Notes under the pieces: generated by a model
Told to the model about the DNA's origin: nothing
What the model saw: only the letters and a program-made list of their open reading frames with translations
Databases searched by the model: none
Translations under genes and position numbers: made by a program
Origin: Laetmonice hystrix
Lineage: Eukaryota
DNA length: 33,000 bases
Assembly: GCA_965235115.1 (NCBI GenBank)
Contig: OZ249441.1
Location: 16,337,001 to 16,370,000 of the forward strand
Reading direction: 5' to 3'
Shown here: positions 21,569 to 33,000 of the stretch, in pieces
Layout of the letters: every line of letters starts with the position of its first letter
How positions within the stretch are numbered: the first letter of the stretch is position 1

Positions 21569-21910
21569 ATGTTTTGCTGGAGTTTTGCCATTTTCTGTCC
21601 TCTATCAGGCTTTGTGGCCCGAGCAGACACCGTTACAACCGTTCAATTCTGTTGGCCTACAGATTACGAGGACAGTGCAGCTTTAAACATCATTTTACCA
21701 GCATACAATTCATTCGGGGTTTCAGGCACTGTTTATCCCGGGTCATATGTGGAAAATCCGCCTCGCTGTACGGCATGTTGCTGTTGGTGTGTGACTCTGA
21801 ATATAACGTCTGCCAAACTCTGTATGGAGGCACGTCAGGAGCTATCGACGCGCGAGGCGGTGAACCCGATAAACCAACCCACTGATAATGCTTGGACACC
21901 TGTTCCATAG
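21569..21910 (+). CDS. Candidate small secreted Cys-rich protein, or pseudogene remnant; unidentified
   Basis: 113-aa ORF with a hydrophobic N-terminus ending in A-R-A (signal-peptidase-like), and a Cys cluster NPPRCTACCCWC. An out-of-frame ATG in strong context at 21546 gives MAKEIPVLCFAGVLPFSVL, which would join the ORF if one base were restored near 21600. No family recognised. Confidence 0.25.
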   Translation: MFCWSFAIFCPLSGFVARADTVTTVQFCWPTDYEDSAALNIILPAYNSFGVSGTVYPGSYVENPPRCTACCCWCVTLNITSAKLCMEARQELSTREAVNPINQPTDNAWTPVP

Positions 21911-23077
21911 CACGTGCATAATTCGTTTCTCTGCCAGCTTTGAATTTGTTCATAATTCATCATGTTTGCTATGGGTTTTTTACACTTCAGGCAACACATT
22001 TGAATGTCAAATATATTTACACAGAGATTGATCAATCATTGGTGAGAAAAAGGTGTCCTAGTCACACCATCTGTCTATCATCAGCTCCACTGGATCCCTT
22101 TTTAGCGTTATTTTTTCCTCCTCGTAATGTGCCTTAAAAACGTCTGTTGTTCCGTTGTAATCTACAATAGCATCCTGCTGTGACAGACCTAAATTACACT
22201 GGTGATCAGCAGGTCTGTTTCTAACAGGTTAAGCCATGCCTTGAGGCAAACCTGAAGGCATCTGAATCCCAAACTGGGTTCTCTTTTACAACGGCTTCTT
22301 AAGAAGACAAGTCAATTAACCAGTAATCTGCAATACCGACCGAGATGATCTCTTTTAATCTTATCAAACAGCGTCCTTGTGTCTGCGCTTCTTAAAGGTC
22401 ACGTAACATGACCTTGATGGAAATGTCTTTTTTTGACATTCCCATCATTAAGGCATTTCTCAGTAATGGCAAAGTATTATAACGTTAAGAACATGGGTAA
22501 ATTTTTAATTAAGTATTCCCTGCAATAACAAGTGAAAGAACAAGACTGGCCTGCTCATTGTGAAAGCCTCCACTGCTGGGAGTCTGCCTGAAAACAACAT
22601 TGTACAAATCACATAGCAGAGAGACGTTTCCCTCCCACCTCCAAGTTCCAACCGGCACGCAGTCATGTCTATAGCCCTTAGTGTGACAGACTCATATAAA
22701 TACTAAATCCGGACATTTGGGATATCAAGGTAACAACCATTACTTCCCGCCGGTCACCCTGCATGCATTATTAAACCAGAGTCCGAGACGCCATGTGGTC
22801 AATAAGGAGAGTGGTCGTTTGACTGTAGCGTCGGCCGTTACAGTGCTCAACACAATGATCGAAATGTACAGCGCAACGTCGGAAATACAAATTGCTCTAA
22901 TGCCTCGTTCACATACATCCACAAATATTCCCAACCAAAAGTAAGGACACTACCCAAAAAACAGAGCTTAGGGAACTAAAGAGATCCGGGGTCTGAGAAA
23001 ACGTCTTTCCAGATTTCAGATCTTGCACGATCTTTGTCTCTAAGTTCATGGTTATGTAGTAATAAATACACAGAGAA

Positions 23078-23569
23078 ATGTATTATTCATAATCTGGCTG
23101 CTGCTCTGTAATCCGGCTTTCTTTCTAGATCTCATCAAACCAGACCAGGATTTAGTTGCATGGAAAACAAAAATCAACATTGTAAAAGAAATCCACCAAG
23201 GCACTGCTAACCTAAGATAGATGTCGGACAATGTGCCTTCAGCGCGAGCCCTGAATGACTGTACGGAGAAGTTCGCCACGTCCCAGTTCTCCGACAATAC
23301 GTCTGATCTCATCATGCTGCGTCCATCAGTGTGGGTTGATCCTGATTGGAAGAATCCCCCAGAATGTGACCCGTGTACGGTTCGGACTAATCCAAACATC
23401 AAGGTACAGTGCGATTAAACACCTAGAGGAGGATTGGCTCTCCAATATCTTCAGTGAGATGCAAGCGAGAGGATGTTTTACTGTTAGGTATATTACACCA
23501 TTACTGGTGTCAACAAACAATCTGAAACCATGGCTGCATGGTAGCTTACAATCTGCCTTCCAACACTGA
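23078..23569 (+). pseudogene. Candidate degenerate coding segment; unidentified
   Basis: One frame runs from 23044 to 23418 with a single TAG (23218-23220): NVLFIIWLLLCNPAFFLDLIKPDQDLVAWKTKINIVKEIHQGTANLR*MSDN...SVWVDPDWKNPPECDPCTVRTNPNIKVQ. Removing one base near 23410 continues it as AIKHLEEDWLSNIFSEMQARGCFTVR. A strong acceptor-like site CTTTCTTTCTAG ends at 23128. Statistically weak. Confidence 0.3.
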
Positions 23570-23926
23570 CACTACATGAAATACAAAAAAGATTTCTATG
23601 ATTCGTATTTGATTCTTCTAAAACTAGCTGAGATAAAAAAACAAACCCAATGACCTGTTACGCACTGCCTACCACACCAATCGTAAATCCCAGGGTACTT
23701 TGTTGCCCCTGACTGTACTCGGCCCCACCAATTCTTAATGGCAGTCACCTGAGCACCCATCTCCAAGCTGGAGAGCCTCGCCGTCTCACAAAGCGTAAGG
23801 CAACAAGTACTAAATCTACATTAGCAAGGATTAAGATGGTTTGGTTTGCTGAAAATTATCTTTACTATCCCCAGCCTACATAAAGTTTCTCTCCTGCCGC
23901 AAACGACATTGTTTTACTGCTTTCAG

Positions 23927-24071
23927 ACGGGCAGTCCTATATAGCTCTAGGCGCACATCTCTCTCAGTCACATCTGTTTCACCGCTTCCAGAACTGAGTT
24001 TTGGATCGGGACTTGGAATCGATTTGGCACTGCAACAGAAATCGGATATTCCCGGTGAAACCACTGAATGA
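23927..24071 (+). other. Possible terminal exon
   Basis: Acceptor-like TTGTTTTACTGCTTTCAG ends at 23926. The phase-2 frame RAVLYSSRRTSLSVTSVSPLPELSFGSGLGIDLALQQKSDIPGETTE* ends at TGA 24069-24071, and AATAAA follows at 24115-24120. Phase matches a donor AG|GTATAT at 23487/23488. Confidence 0.22.
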
Positions 24072-25016
24072 GTCGTCTCGAACTAGTCTTGTACCGGGCT
24101 GATTTCTCAACCCGAATAAAGGTTCATATCGATGGGATCAGCACATGGAGCCCTTTTCGTATCTGAAGCCGCCACCAGGTGGTGCTGTCGTCTATGCCGG
24201 TGCCAGCCTGCCGGTTTCTACGTCTTGACGAGGCCTCACTTCATGTCAGTCGGTACAACCATGTCCAATTAGTCCACACGGGCCTGCCTCTGTCACGAAC
24301 ACCTTAGTTTGGCACGTCACCTACGTCATTACATAATGCATGTTGTCTCACTTTATGCTGCTATCTATTTTACAAACAGTCACAACCAATCACAGGTCTG
24401 ACACTCTTGTCATTTTCAATCTGCTTCCCCTCGTGAACAGGGGCACCGGGAACACCGTACTTATTTTATTTACTTTCCACAATGATTACCTTAGAGAATA
24501 GGCAATAATTATATGAAGAAAAAAAACACGCACGCCATGTACGGCAAGCAAATGAAAAATCAGAAGAACACCAGAAAAAGGGAGCCGTGCATGGTAGTTT
24601 TAAATTGATGCGCTTGATACCTGTATTCAGGAGTCGGCATCTATCGGGACTGTGTGTAATTTCCATCATTGAACAAAATGTGTCCATTTTTACTCCGTTA
24701 TCCCCGATTTTGACCCAGAGATGACGGATAGATTTTTGCCTTAAGCCTATGCTCTTGGTCCATTTCCTGCTCTTTCTCACGGTCCTTAGATTCTATTTAC
24801 GACCTCTTCAGGAGCAGCATCCAGGAAGCGATCTCTCCCCATGCCATATCCATCCCAGGACGCGCGCAGGAGGTCCGCCCAACAATCACTCCTCCCTCCC
24901 TCTTGGGTGACGAATTTGAAATTCTGCTCAGGGGCAGTTCATGAAGCCATGGGGACAGCACTCAGCACATCAGGATGGAAGGAAGGAAATACGGAGGATG
25001 AAAGGATGCATTCCAC

Positions 25017-25078
25017 AACACCCACCCACCCCCATACCCACCCACACACACACATACCCACCCACACCCCCAACCCCA
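25017..25078. repeat. (CCCA)n/(CA)n low-complexity tract
   Basis: ACACCCACCCACCCCCATACCCACCCACACACACACATACCCACCCACACCCCCAACCCC. Confidence 0.85.
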
Positions 25079-27922
25079 TGGGTGCCGGGTCTGATCACAC
25101 AGCAGCACTCCTTGTAACCCTACAGGTCCTGACGTATCGTCATGGTCCGCCACACAGAACAAACATGGCTTCCATAGACCGAATGCGTACATCACCGAAA
25201 AAAATACAAACTTTTCTTATTCGTCAGAGGTACACAACAAATACATTTTCTTTACTTACACCAGTCAACATTTTTGCACTATTACTCTTTGAGAAGACCA
25301 ACAAAACTGTATTTGGCTCTCACAGTTTCAGTGTTAAACGCAAAGGTGACCAAATAACACTATCCTGAGAAAACAAATACGACAACTGACATGAATTACT
25401 GGTAGCGTCTTTTCCTTATTAACCTGGCCTCGATACTCCGGTGACGAGGTGAGAAAATATTCTCCACATGCCAACAGAACACCCAACCATTAAAACAGAT
25501 ACCAATGTGTGTGTAAGGCGGGGCATAGGTGGAGATCTATGGGCGAACGGATCCAGGAGAATAGGCAAGTAAGCCATTGATCACTGATACAACTAATAAA
25601 CAGCGGTGAAAAGTTTCCAATAACTCAGGCCTGGATATGAATAACCACACAATGCCTTTCAAAAGCACAACTGTCCCATTTAAAGCCAACAAAACGTTCG
25701 CAGAATCTTTTATACGGCTTTTCTTATTTCAAGTTCTTGTCTGACGTTAAAATCTCCGCGGATATGAAGCGATTTTATGTGAGAAAGACGCATTTGTTTG
25801 CCCCACTGTCACAGAGTGGCCAACAATTGCTGTCCAGACAAAGGCTTTATCTGGCACCATGAAGCATTCAGCGTGTAAAACTTCCCACATGGAATGGCTA
25901 TTGTATCACTGGGCCTTATCTCATCATTTAATAATGCCTCATTTCACCAACGAGAACGGAGACCACTGGAAACAATGCCAGAGTCTACCGGCACCTCCCA
26001 CACTTAACAGCATCTCTTCCATTTTGACTGATATACCGACCATCCTGCGTATGGAAGCAACATGTAACAGCTAGTCAATGCTTTAATTAAGCCACAGCTC
26101 TTCTGCTGAAAGGGATTTGCAGGAGATTTAGAAGCCCTAAATATTTAAAACCTATTTAGCTGCACAAGTGATAGTAGTGTTTGACACTCGCTGGTGGCCT
26201 AGTCCAACAGTTCAGTTCAAATCGAGGCCAATTCAGTGAGCGCAACCCACAACAACCCGCTGCCCATACATCACTTCTGGAAAAGTGCAACATCCCTATT
26301 GTCCTGTCAACGGCAGATTCGCTGCAGCTGTTCGTCTGATATTCACAATGAGTACATCTTTCCACCTGACACATCGAATTAATCCACTTGCACAAAACAC
26401 AGATACTTGTATTTGTGAGAACTGATACATTTTCGTTATAGATCGCAGGCCTGAGATCAATATCCGTTGGCCTGCAGAGTACAGAGATATGATATATTAC
26501 TCATGGGGTAGCGTGCTATTCAATGCAGCAGCATGCTACTCGATGTGACAAAACCAGGCAACCATCAGTTAGGTTTGCGAAGGTCAGTATTCCTGCCTCT
26601 GATTTCGTCCCCAAAAGGTCCACCTCCAAATATTTGCTCCTGGTCTGTCTGGGAACCTACGCTCTTCGGTCATTAACTTTCTTACAATTGCCCAGTAGCC
26701 AAACAAGAGGTTTACCACATACCAGTGGTATGGCACTAACAAGAATGACCGAGTCCCCATTACAGTTCCAGTGGGTCCAGGCAGCTTGGCCCCTGAATGG
26801 GCTCATGTCGGCAGGCTGAACCTCCCTACATTCCCGATGAGCTAACACTAGGTCTGCCCATCGCCGCTCACATTGAAGGACCACATTCACACATTACCAC
26901 TATAGAATAGCAATTTTCCAGGTCAGCGAGGGCAAATAGTCAATTCTATCTGTCCTAACAACAATCAAAACCAACTAGCAGATGCCGAATCCACGGTTCG
27001 AGCACAGCTGTGTGAACAGCAGTGGTGGAACCCGGAACTACCGTGCCTCGCCTTCACTGTGCCCGAAATCAATGGCCGGGCGATCGGTTCTTTCACTAAT
27101 TCAAGAAGGGCCCGGCTGCACACCCCGCCACCCAGCCTGGAGGCCTTGGGGCGACGTACGCCTGCCAGCGTCCGAGTGCAAACGCCTGATGTCTTCTCAC
27201 AGCTCCGAGTGGCACTCCCTGGAAACCACTCCACTACTTCCTGCCCCTGTCTCCATACCAGAACAGCAAGGCCCTAATGCACGTTTCCTACACTTCCTAT
27301 CCACAGCTACTTTGAACAAAATCAATACAAAGGCAGCTTCAGAGTATCTGCCTAGGTCCAATATTCTGTTCACTCAAAATTACCGACCCACAACTGACAA
27401 GTTTCCTCTGCTCATGACACACTATTGATCTATATTTATCAGCATCAAATTAAAACTAATTCAATTGTATTTGTGTATTAAAAAACACTTTGATATATTG
27501 ATAAATTGTGAACAAACCATAATCTTAAATCTATCATTACTTTGAAAAGTATATGATAGGTACATTCAATAAAAGGTTCTCAAGTGTCAAGAGCGATTAT
27601 AAAGATTACAGTAATAAATGTCTAAGTTAGACATCATAGGGCTTTGTCAGACAACAGTTGAAAGCAGTCTGATAATCGGTTCGTAAACCATGGTGCCGCC
27701 CATACTATCACTAAGTCAATGGTGACACAGAATTCACGTGTTCTCAGAAAATGTCATCCACATTCTCAATAATCTGCCTTTAATACTCTCTTCTCCGGAT
27801 CAAATCAAATCAGCTAGAGGTTTTTTTACAGTTGCACCAGGCAGCTTACTTATAATATCGCCCTGGTACTGGCACCACAACTTTCTGACATATTAATCTT
27901 TACTAAAGGGATCTTCATACTA

Positions 27923-28149
27923 CACTGTCCCCCAAAAAATGATAGTCTAACTTTAGGTGTGCAATACACTTAGATATTTTAGAGGATTGTCGAATTTTGA
28001 ATTTTGAAGTTGAAGTTGAACATAAAGTTTGATCCCCCCTAGATAACTCTCAGCAAGTTTGGTGTTGACAGGGTCACGCATTACTGATCACAACCAGTAT
28101 CTCTTTTTGACAATCGAACACAGAGTATCATTTTTGGGGGGACATACTA
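27923..28149. mobile_element. Tc1/mariner-type MITE (~227 bp)
   Basis: Left end CACTGTCCCCCAAAAAATGATAGTCT versus reverse complement of right end TAGTATGTCCCCCCAAAAATGATACTCT. TA flanks at 27921-27922 and 28150-28151. The outermost few bases are diverged, so the ends are uncertain by about 3 bp. Confidence 0.72.
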
Positions 28150-28231
28150 TATACACTGCCAGCAGCCGAAGAATTCGTACACAACACACGGCTGATTCAT
28201 GTCAGTATCAGACCTTTCTAACTGGAGTTAA

Positions 28232-28693
28232 AGGCCGAGGTTTCCCGCGCGAATAATCCGGGTGGACGGCAATAAAATGCTTAGACCAATTAGAGTGCAA
28301 TGGGCTGGCCGAGGGTCACAGCTAGAGCCAATGGGGTAGGGTCTGCCTGGTATCCTAGCAACTATAGGTCACCAAGATAACACCACCACATGAGATCCAT
28401 CACTGGTCAGCTGACTAAGCAGCTGTCAATCAAATCCAAATTCTAATGGCAAAACAGGGTTTGTTTTCATTCACCAATTACCCCACATCTGAATTCTATT
28501 AGCTCTTAAGGTACATTCAATACAGGTACGTTTTCCCCATATGTTTAAAGATATCCCTGATAATTTGCATTGGAGAAAATTTCCTTAAACTCTCACAGGT
28601 CTGAAAATCCAAGCCTGCTGTGTACGACATGAGAGCCAAAAGCACATGTATCGAAGCTCCCCATTGGTTCCTGTTATAGTCTACCCCCGGCCT
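28232..28693. mobile_element. Kolobok-like non-autonomous element (462 bp)
   Basis: TTAA (28228-28231) + AGGCCGAGG ... CCCCGGCCT + TTAA (28694-28697). TIR matches at 8/9 positions; TTAA TSD; no ORF. Confidence 0.62.
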
Positions 28694-31600
28694 TTAAACT
28701 GCTTCTCTTTGCTAGCTAAGGTCCAAACATTCCATACAAAATATGAAGGCCTGAAGGCAAAGCATGAGGGCGGCCCAGAATATATCTGAGTGGAAACTCT
28801 TGTCCATTCATCCATTTTTAAACACTGGACCGTTTCCCGAACCAACTGGAGCATTATATGCCGGAGTTCAAGTAACCTTTGCTCCGGCACGAGGACAAAC
28901 ATTCTATGAGGAACATTGGCCAAGTAATAACATAAATATGATGGGTTTTTTTTCTACTTTCCTCTCTGTCATATGGGCCAGGAGATAAGCTATGATCTGA
29001 AGTCGTAACCTTGCGTAGCAGCAGGGACGAGTGGCTGCGACCAGAGGGGGCGGTGTCCAGCTGCTCGCAGACCTCCGTATTCCGACTGTTCCTCCCTGCT
29101 GCTTGGCAACAATTCCCGTTTTATGGAAAGCCACGGCTGACGGTAATGACGTCGGCATACATAACACATATCGTTTTTCTGACTCGTTCTGCCCGCCCGC
29201 ACAGACAATCGCCCGCATACATTGTGCTTCCCTACTTGTATATTTGCGAAACCTTCCTCGATCTTGTGCTCAGCCTTTTGTTCCACCCTTCAAATTTATC
29301 TACATTTTGGATGCTGGACCAAAATAGCTTACAGAGAAGGTTCACACGATAATGTGATAACTTAATAATAATTAATGTTTAATTAGAACCACTAGATGCT
29401 TACTATTTTCCTTCTTACAAAACCGAAATAAAAAGCTGAGTAAAATGGTGATAATGTTTCCAGCAATTTTCCTTACTATTATTAATTTTTCCATATTCAA
29501 GACAAGAGTAGTATGAGGACTACAGGAACTGTTCGATTTTTTGATAGTCATTGTTACAGTATCAAAGGGGGCTCGTTAAAGTATACATAAGGAGGACAAG
29601 TAGCCTTTGAATAAAGTAGCAAAATTTTTCAGTGCTGAGTACCGGTTTATTATACAATTATTACTTTTGTGGAAATAAAACACTGGAAGACTTAATTACC
29701 GATTACTAACGGGACTTCAATACAAAATAACCTCGGCGTAATTACGATTTTGCAATTATCGACGAATATTCAACTATTTTCATCTTTTGACATTTTTCAT
29801 TCTAATATTACTTTCATAAGAATCCCCCCCACACACACACACACCGGATTCTCCAGCACTGTAGGAATCCTGCACGCAGGTCTTCGATATTTGTCGAAGT
29901 GTCTCACATTTTTGCCGGTTCATACGAGACCCGAGGTATAATGGGCCCTAACGTCATATTTGGTCTGTGGCAAGTCAATGCCATCTCGTGAGGGGCACAG
30001 CACTGGGACGACGCATAGAACATTACCACTAAGTGTGAACCATAGATGAATCACCATCAGTGCCTGCACGTACACGACACCATTGTCTGCAATAAGAAGA
30101 GCATATAACGTTGCCTCCCTCAACAATGGGCAATCAGGCTTTTGTACATCAGAAATCAACACATCAAAATCAATGGTACATCAAGTAGGCTTCTGGGTTC
30201 TTTGAAATGAACGGACACAAAGAGTCTCCGATCCCTAAGGCCAACTAGTATTGATGTAGTGTGCATGACTTGATTTCTACAACTGTAATACTATGGAACG
30301 TATGTAGCAGGCGAGGGTGCGCTATTCTATGCTACAGATTTCTCGTGTATGGACAGGGATATATCATGCATTTTGGGTTTCTACCTAATCAATAGGTTAA
30401 ATTGACTGAAGAAAAATGGCGAAGAAGTCTGGGTAATAAAAGTTGCGTCTACCTTTCCGAGAGGTCAGAGCTTCACCTGTTAGGGGAAGAAAGTAGGCAG
30501 GTACATGTTTAGTGGGTGGTTAGTAGATATCTGTGCTGTAGGGATTGAATACAAAGTGACAGGGTCACTCGGTCTAAGAAACTCGGAGATACAACATCTA
30601 GTCCCAGTTAAAAGACAGATTCATACTGCCTACACTGGAGAACACCTCATCATATCTCATGAAATCTTTGTGATGTACAAGCCATATCAACAGGATACTT
30701 TGGGCTGATCCGATTGCTACACCTACATCCAGAAATAACATCCAGATGAAACGCCTTCTGGTTTCACATATGACACATGATGAACATGCAACGTTGCCTA
30801 TGTACAAAAGAGTGATGCTGACACACAGTAAATCGAAGTCAAAGCTGACAGACATACTATATTTTGTACATTAACTAAAAATACCCCTTTAAAAACTCTA
30901 CACTTATATTCTACGAAACTGCATTGGAGATAAATATATTAAAAAAATTACCTGCACATTCTTTGCATATCACGGGTGCCCAAAAAACGGTATAAATCCC
31001 CTAGATCTATTGGGTATGACAGGCAGGGGCCCTCGACCGATGCTTTGACTTTTATATGAAATTCCACGTTGAAATACTTGTGAATTTTTTCTTTCACAAA
31101 TAATATAATACTACCGGATCAAATAAGAATATTTGTCGACAGATTTGACACACTGATTTACGCATTCCTTGTTAGCTGCCAGACTACCAGATTCCAAGCT
31201 TCCAGACTGACTCGTTCATGCACGGACAAATCGAGCCAGCAGAACATTACGATTCAAATACAACTGTTAACAAATACGCCAAGAGAACGATTAAGTCAAT
31301 GTGACACTCGGCAATACGAGAAAATTCAATTGGTGTTTTCCCTGTGGATCTCGTAATTTATAGAACTGAAACTTGTCAGAAAAATCTAACGTAATCATTA
31401 ATTTTGAAATACATTTCGTTGATTCATCAATTACTTTGAAATTCATTATCAACAAATTACTCTTGCATGCAAATATTTATGTTTAATTTATTTGGGACTC
31501 AGCGATTCTGCTGAATAGCAAAGCTTTCATCTCGGGTCCCATTAACAAAATACAAACTGTACCTAGGTTATACAAATATTGTAATTCGTATGTCTTATAT

Positions 31601-33000
31601 AGGACTAGGTCCAAACCTATTCGGAAAACCTCGGCCCAACTTCCGGTCGCTTCGCTAGTTCGTAAAGGGTTCGGTGTTCCGATTGGGTCCAAACCGTTTC
31701 TTTCCATTTATGTGGGGATTTGACCTGTCTGAGGATCTCGTAAAGTGCTCATAACAAGAGATAAAATATTGCACGGCCAGTCCGTGTCTCTCCTCTCTGT
31801 CCCTCATCTCTGACTCTGAGTCCGACCTTCACAACCTCAACTGGTTAAAGATGTCCACCACTGGGAGCACTACACTGTTGACCTCATCTGACCCATACCA
31901 GCTTGCTTCGTTCCTTTGACTTTTTACAGAAAATCAACGTCCCTAAAGGTATCTCCCCGATGGAAAGATTTAATGTTAACCTTCCCTGAGTCTAACGATA
32001 AAACAGGCCAGCTTCATCGGCAATCTTCTAATATGAACCAAACCAACTCCGACTCAAACTGAACTGTGAGACAGCCCGACCAGTGCAGTCAATGACAAGT
32101 CAATGGACCGTGTAAACACTGATAACCATGAAAGATTTCAAATATCTAAACTCTCAGCATAATTACGATCAGTGCTCTCGCGCTGTATCTGCGACAACTG
32201 AGCCCGCTGAAAGCTACCACTCTCCGTATCATCACTTCACATAAAAATGTTGGACTCCCCAATCGCATCCCTTTGTGATCTCCCAAAGCAGGCCAGCGGA
32301 GACAGCGTGAGGAAATGTTCGCTCGTGAATACGATGGTTGGTTAACACAGAAGCTGCAGCAGCATAGAACCATATTCCTGCTGTAGGTCGTCGAGCTTTG
32401 TTTACTGGCAGCGTACAATTGCCATTATCCTCTTACGTTATGTGTGGACATACAATTTTTCACCATCAGTACCAGTTCCATATCGCATTACGTGGAATAT
32501 AGACCGTTAGAATAATAGGGCATATTAAATTTCAAATGTTACACTACGTCAAATTACGGAACATGACGAACACATCAAACACGTATTTGCTTTCTAATGG
32601 CAACTTGGAACAACATGTGTTCGTGTTTTTGGCACGATTTTAAGTCTTGTTCTACAGATCCCAAAACGAAACATCTAATTACATGCGTGTGTGGTTCATC
32701 GAATTCAGCAAGCCTTGCAGTGCAGACTGCATCTAAATAATGACGGTAGAAAACTTATACCAGCCGCGGAACCAGAAGCCATATATAAAGGCAGTAGAGA
32801 ATAAGTCAGGTTGTTTTAAGAGACTGTTTTGCCTGTAACTCATGTTGGCCCCCAAAGGGTAACTATGATGAAAGCATTCAGGTTGCTGACTGAGGTCTCC
32901 GCAGACAGAGATGAAAGCTGGTGGTAGGGGGGAAAAGGCTATGAGGGAGTGGCTTCACTTTGCTGTGTGTGACAGATATGTGGGTGAGGTTGGGGTTTGG

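Noticed and set aside
21778-21795. CWCV thyroglobulin type-1 motif
   Set aside because: The upstream QC and Y-x-P-x-C spacing of the domain is absent.
24841-25368. Longest ORF in the window (175 aa)
   Set aside because: Runs through a stop-poor (CCCA)/(CA) tract, composition drifts to AT-rich intergenic sequence, and no domain is evident.
26156-26395. SDVWAAGC kinase subdomain IX-like motif and CTHCEY zinc-finger-like motif
   Set aside because: No APE, DFG or HRD motifs in register, and no His pair for a C2H2 finger.
29031-29327. VQLLADLRIPTVPPCC resembling the TGF-beta C-terminus
   Set aside because: Missing the upstream WIIAP/CxGxC and terminal CxC motifs; a stop lies just upstream.
30968-30990. 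CACGGGTGCCCAAAAAA, Tc1-like left end
   Set aside because: No matching inverted end found, so the element cannot be delimited.
1-33000. Whole window as a decayed endogenous large DNA virus (arrays plus intronless small ORFs)
   Set aside because: No viral hallmark gene (polymerase, capsid, packaging ATPase, helicase) is recognisable and coding density is at chance level. A frameshift-aware search against viral HMMs would be needed to revive the idea.

Overview
Repeat-rich eukaryotic genomic DNA, probably animal (invertebrate-like DNA-transposon content; species not identifiable from sequence alone). I found no intact, recognisable protein-coding gene, RNA gene or CRISPR array. Well supported: four unrelated tandem arrays (88, ~75, 35 and ~120/80 bp units); a PIF/Harbinger-type non-autonomous element (17-bp perfect TIRs, CTG TSD) carrying a nested insertion; two TA-flanked MITEs; and two TTAA-flanked Kolobok-like elements. 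Weakly supported: a decayed LINE endonuclease/linker fragment (~16.5-17.4 kb) and two possibly related degenerate secreted-protein-like frames (21.5 and 23.1 kb) sharing an NPPxCxxC motif. Most ORFs in the supplied track are repeat read-throughs or of chance-level length. I could not find convincing evidence of a new biological system. The best leads are the shared leader-plus-array architecture at 3.3 and 13.4 kb, the structured variation within the arrays, and the NPPxCxxC frames. All family assignments come from terminal or motif patterns read by eye, not from database searches.
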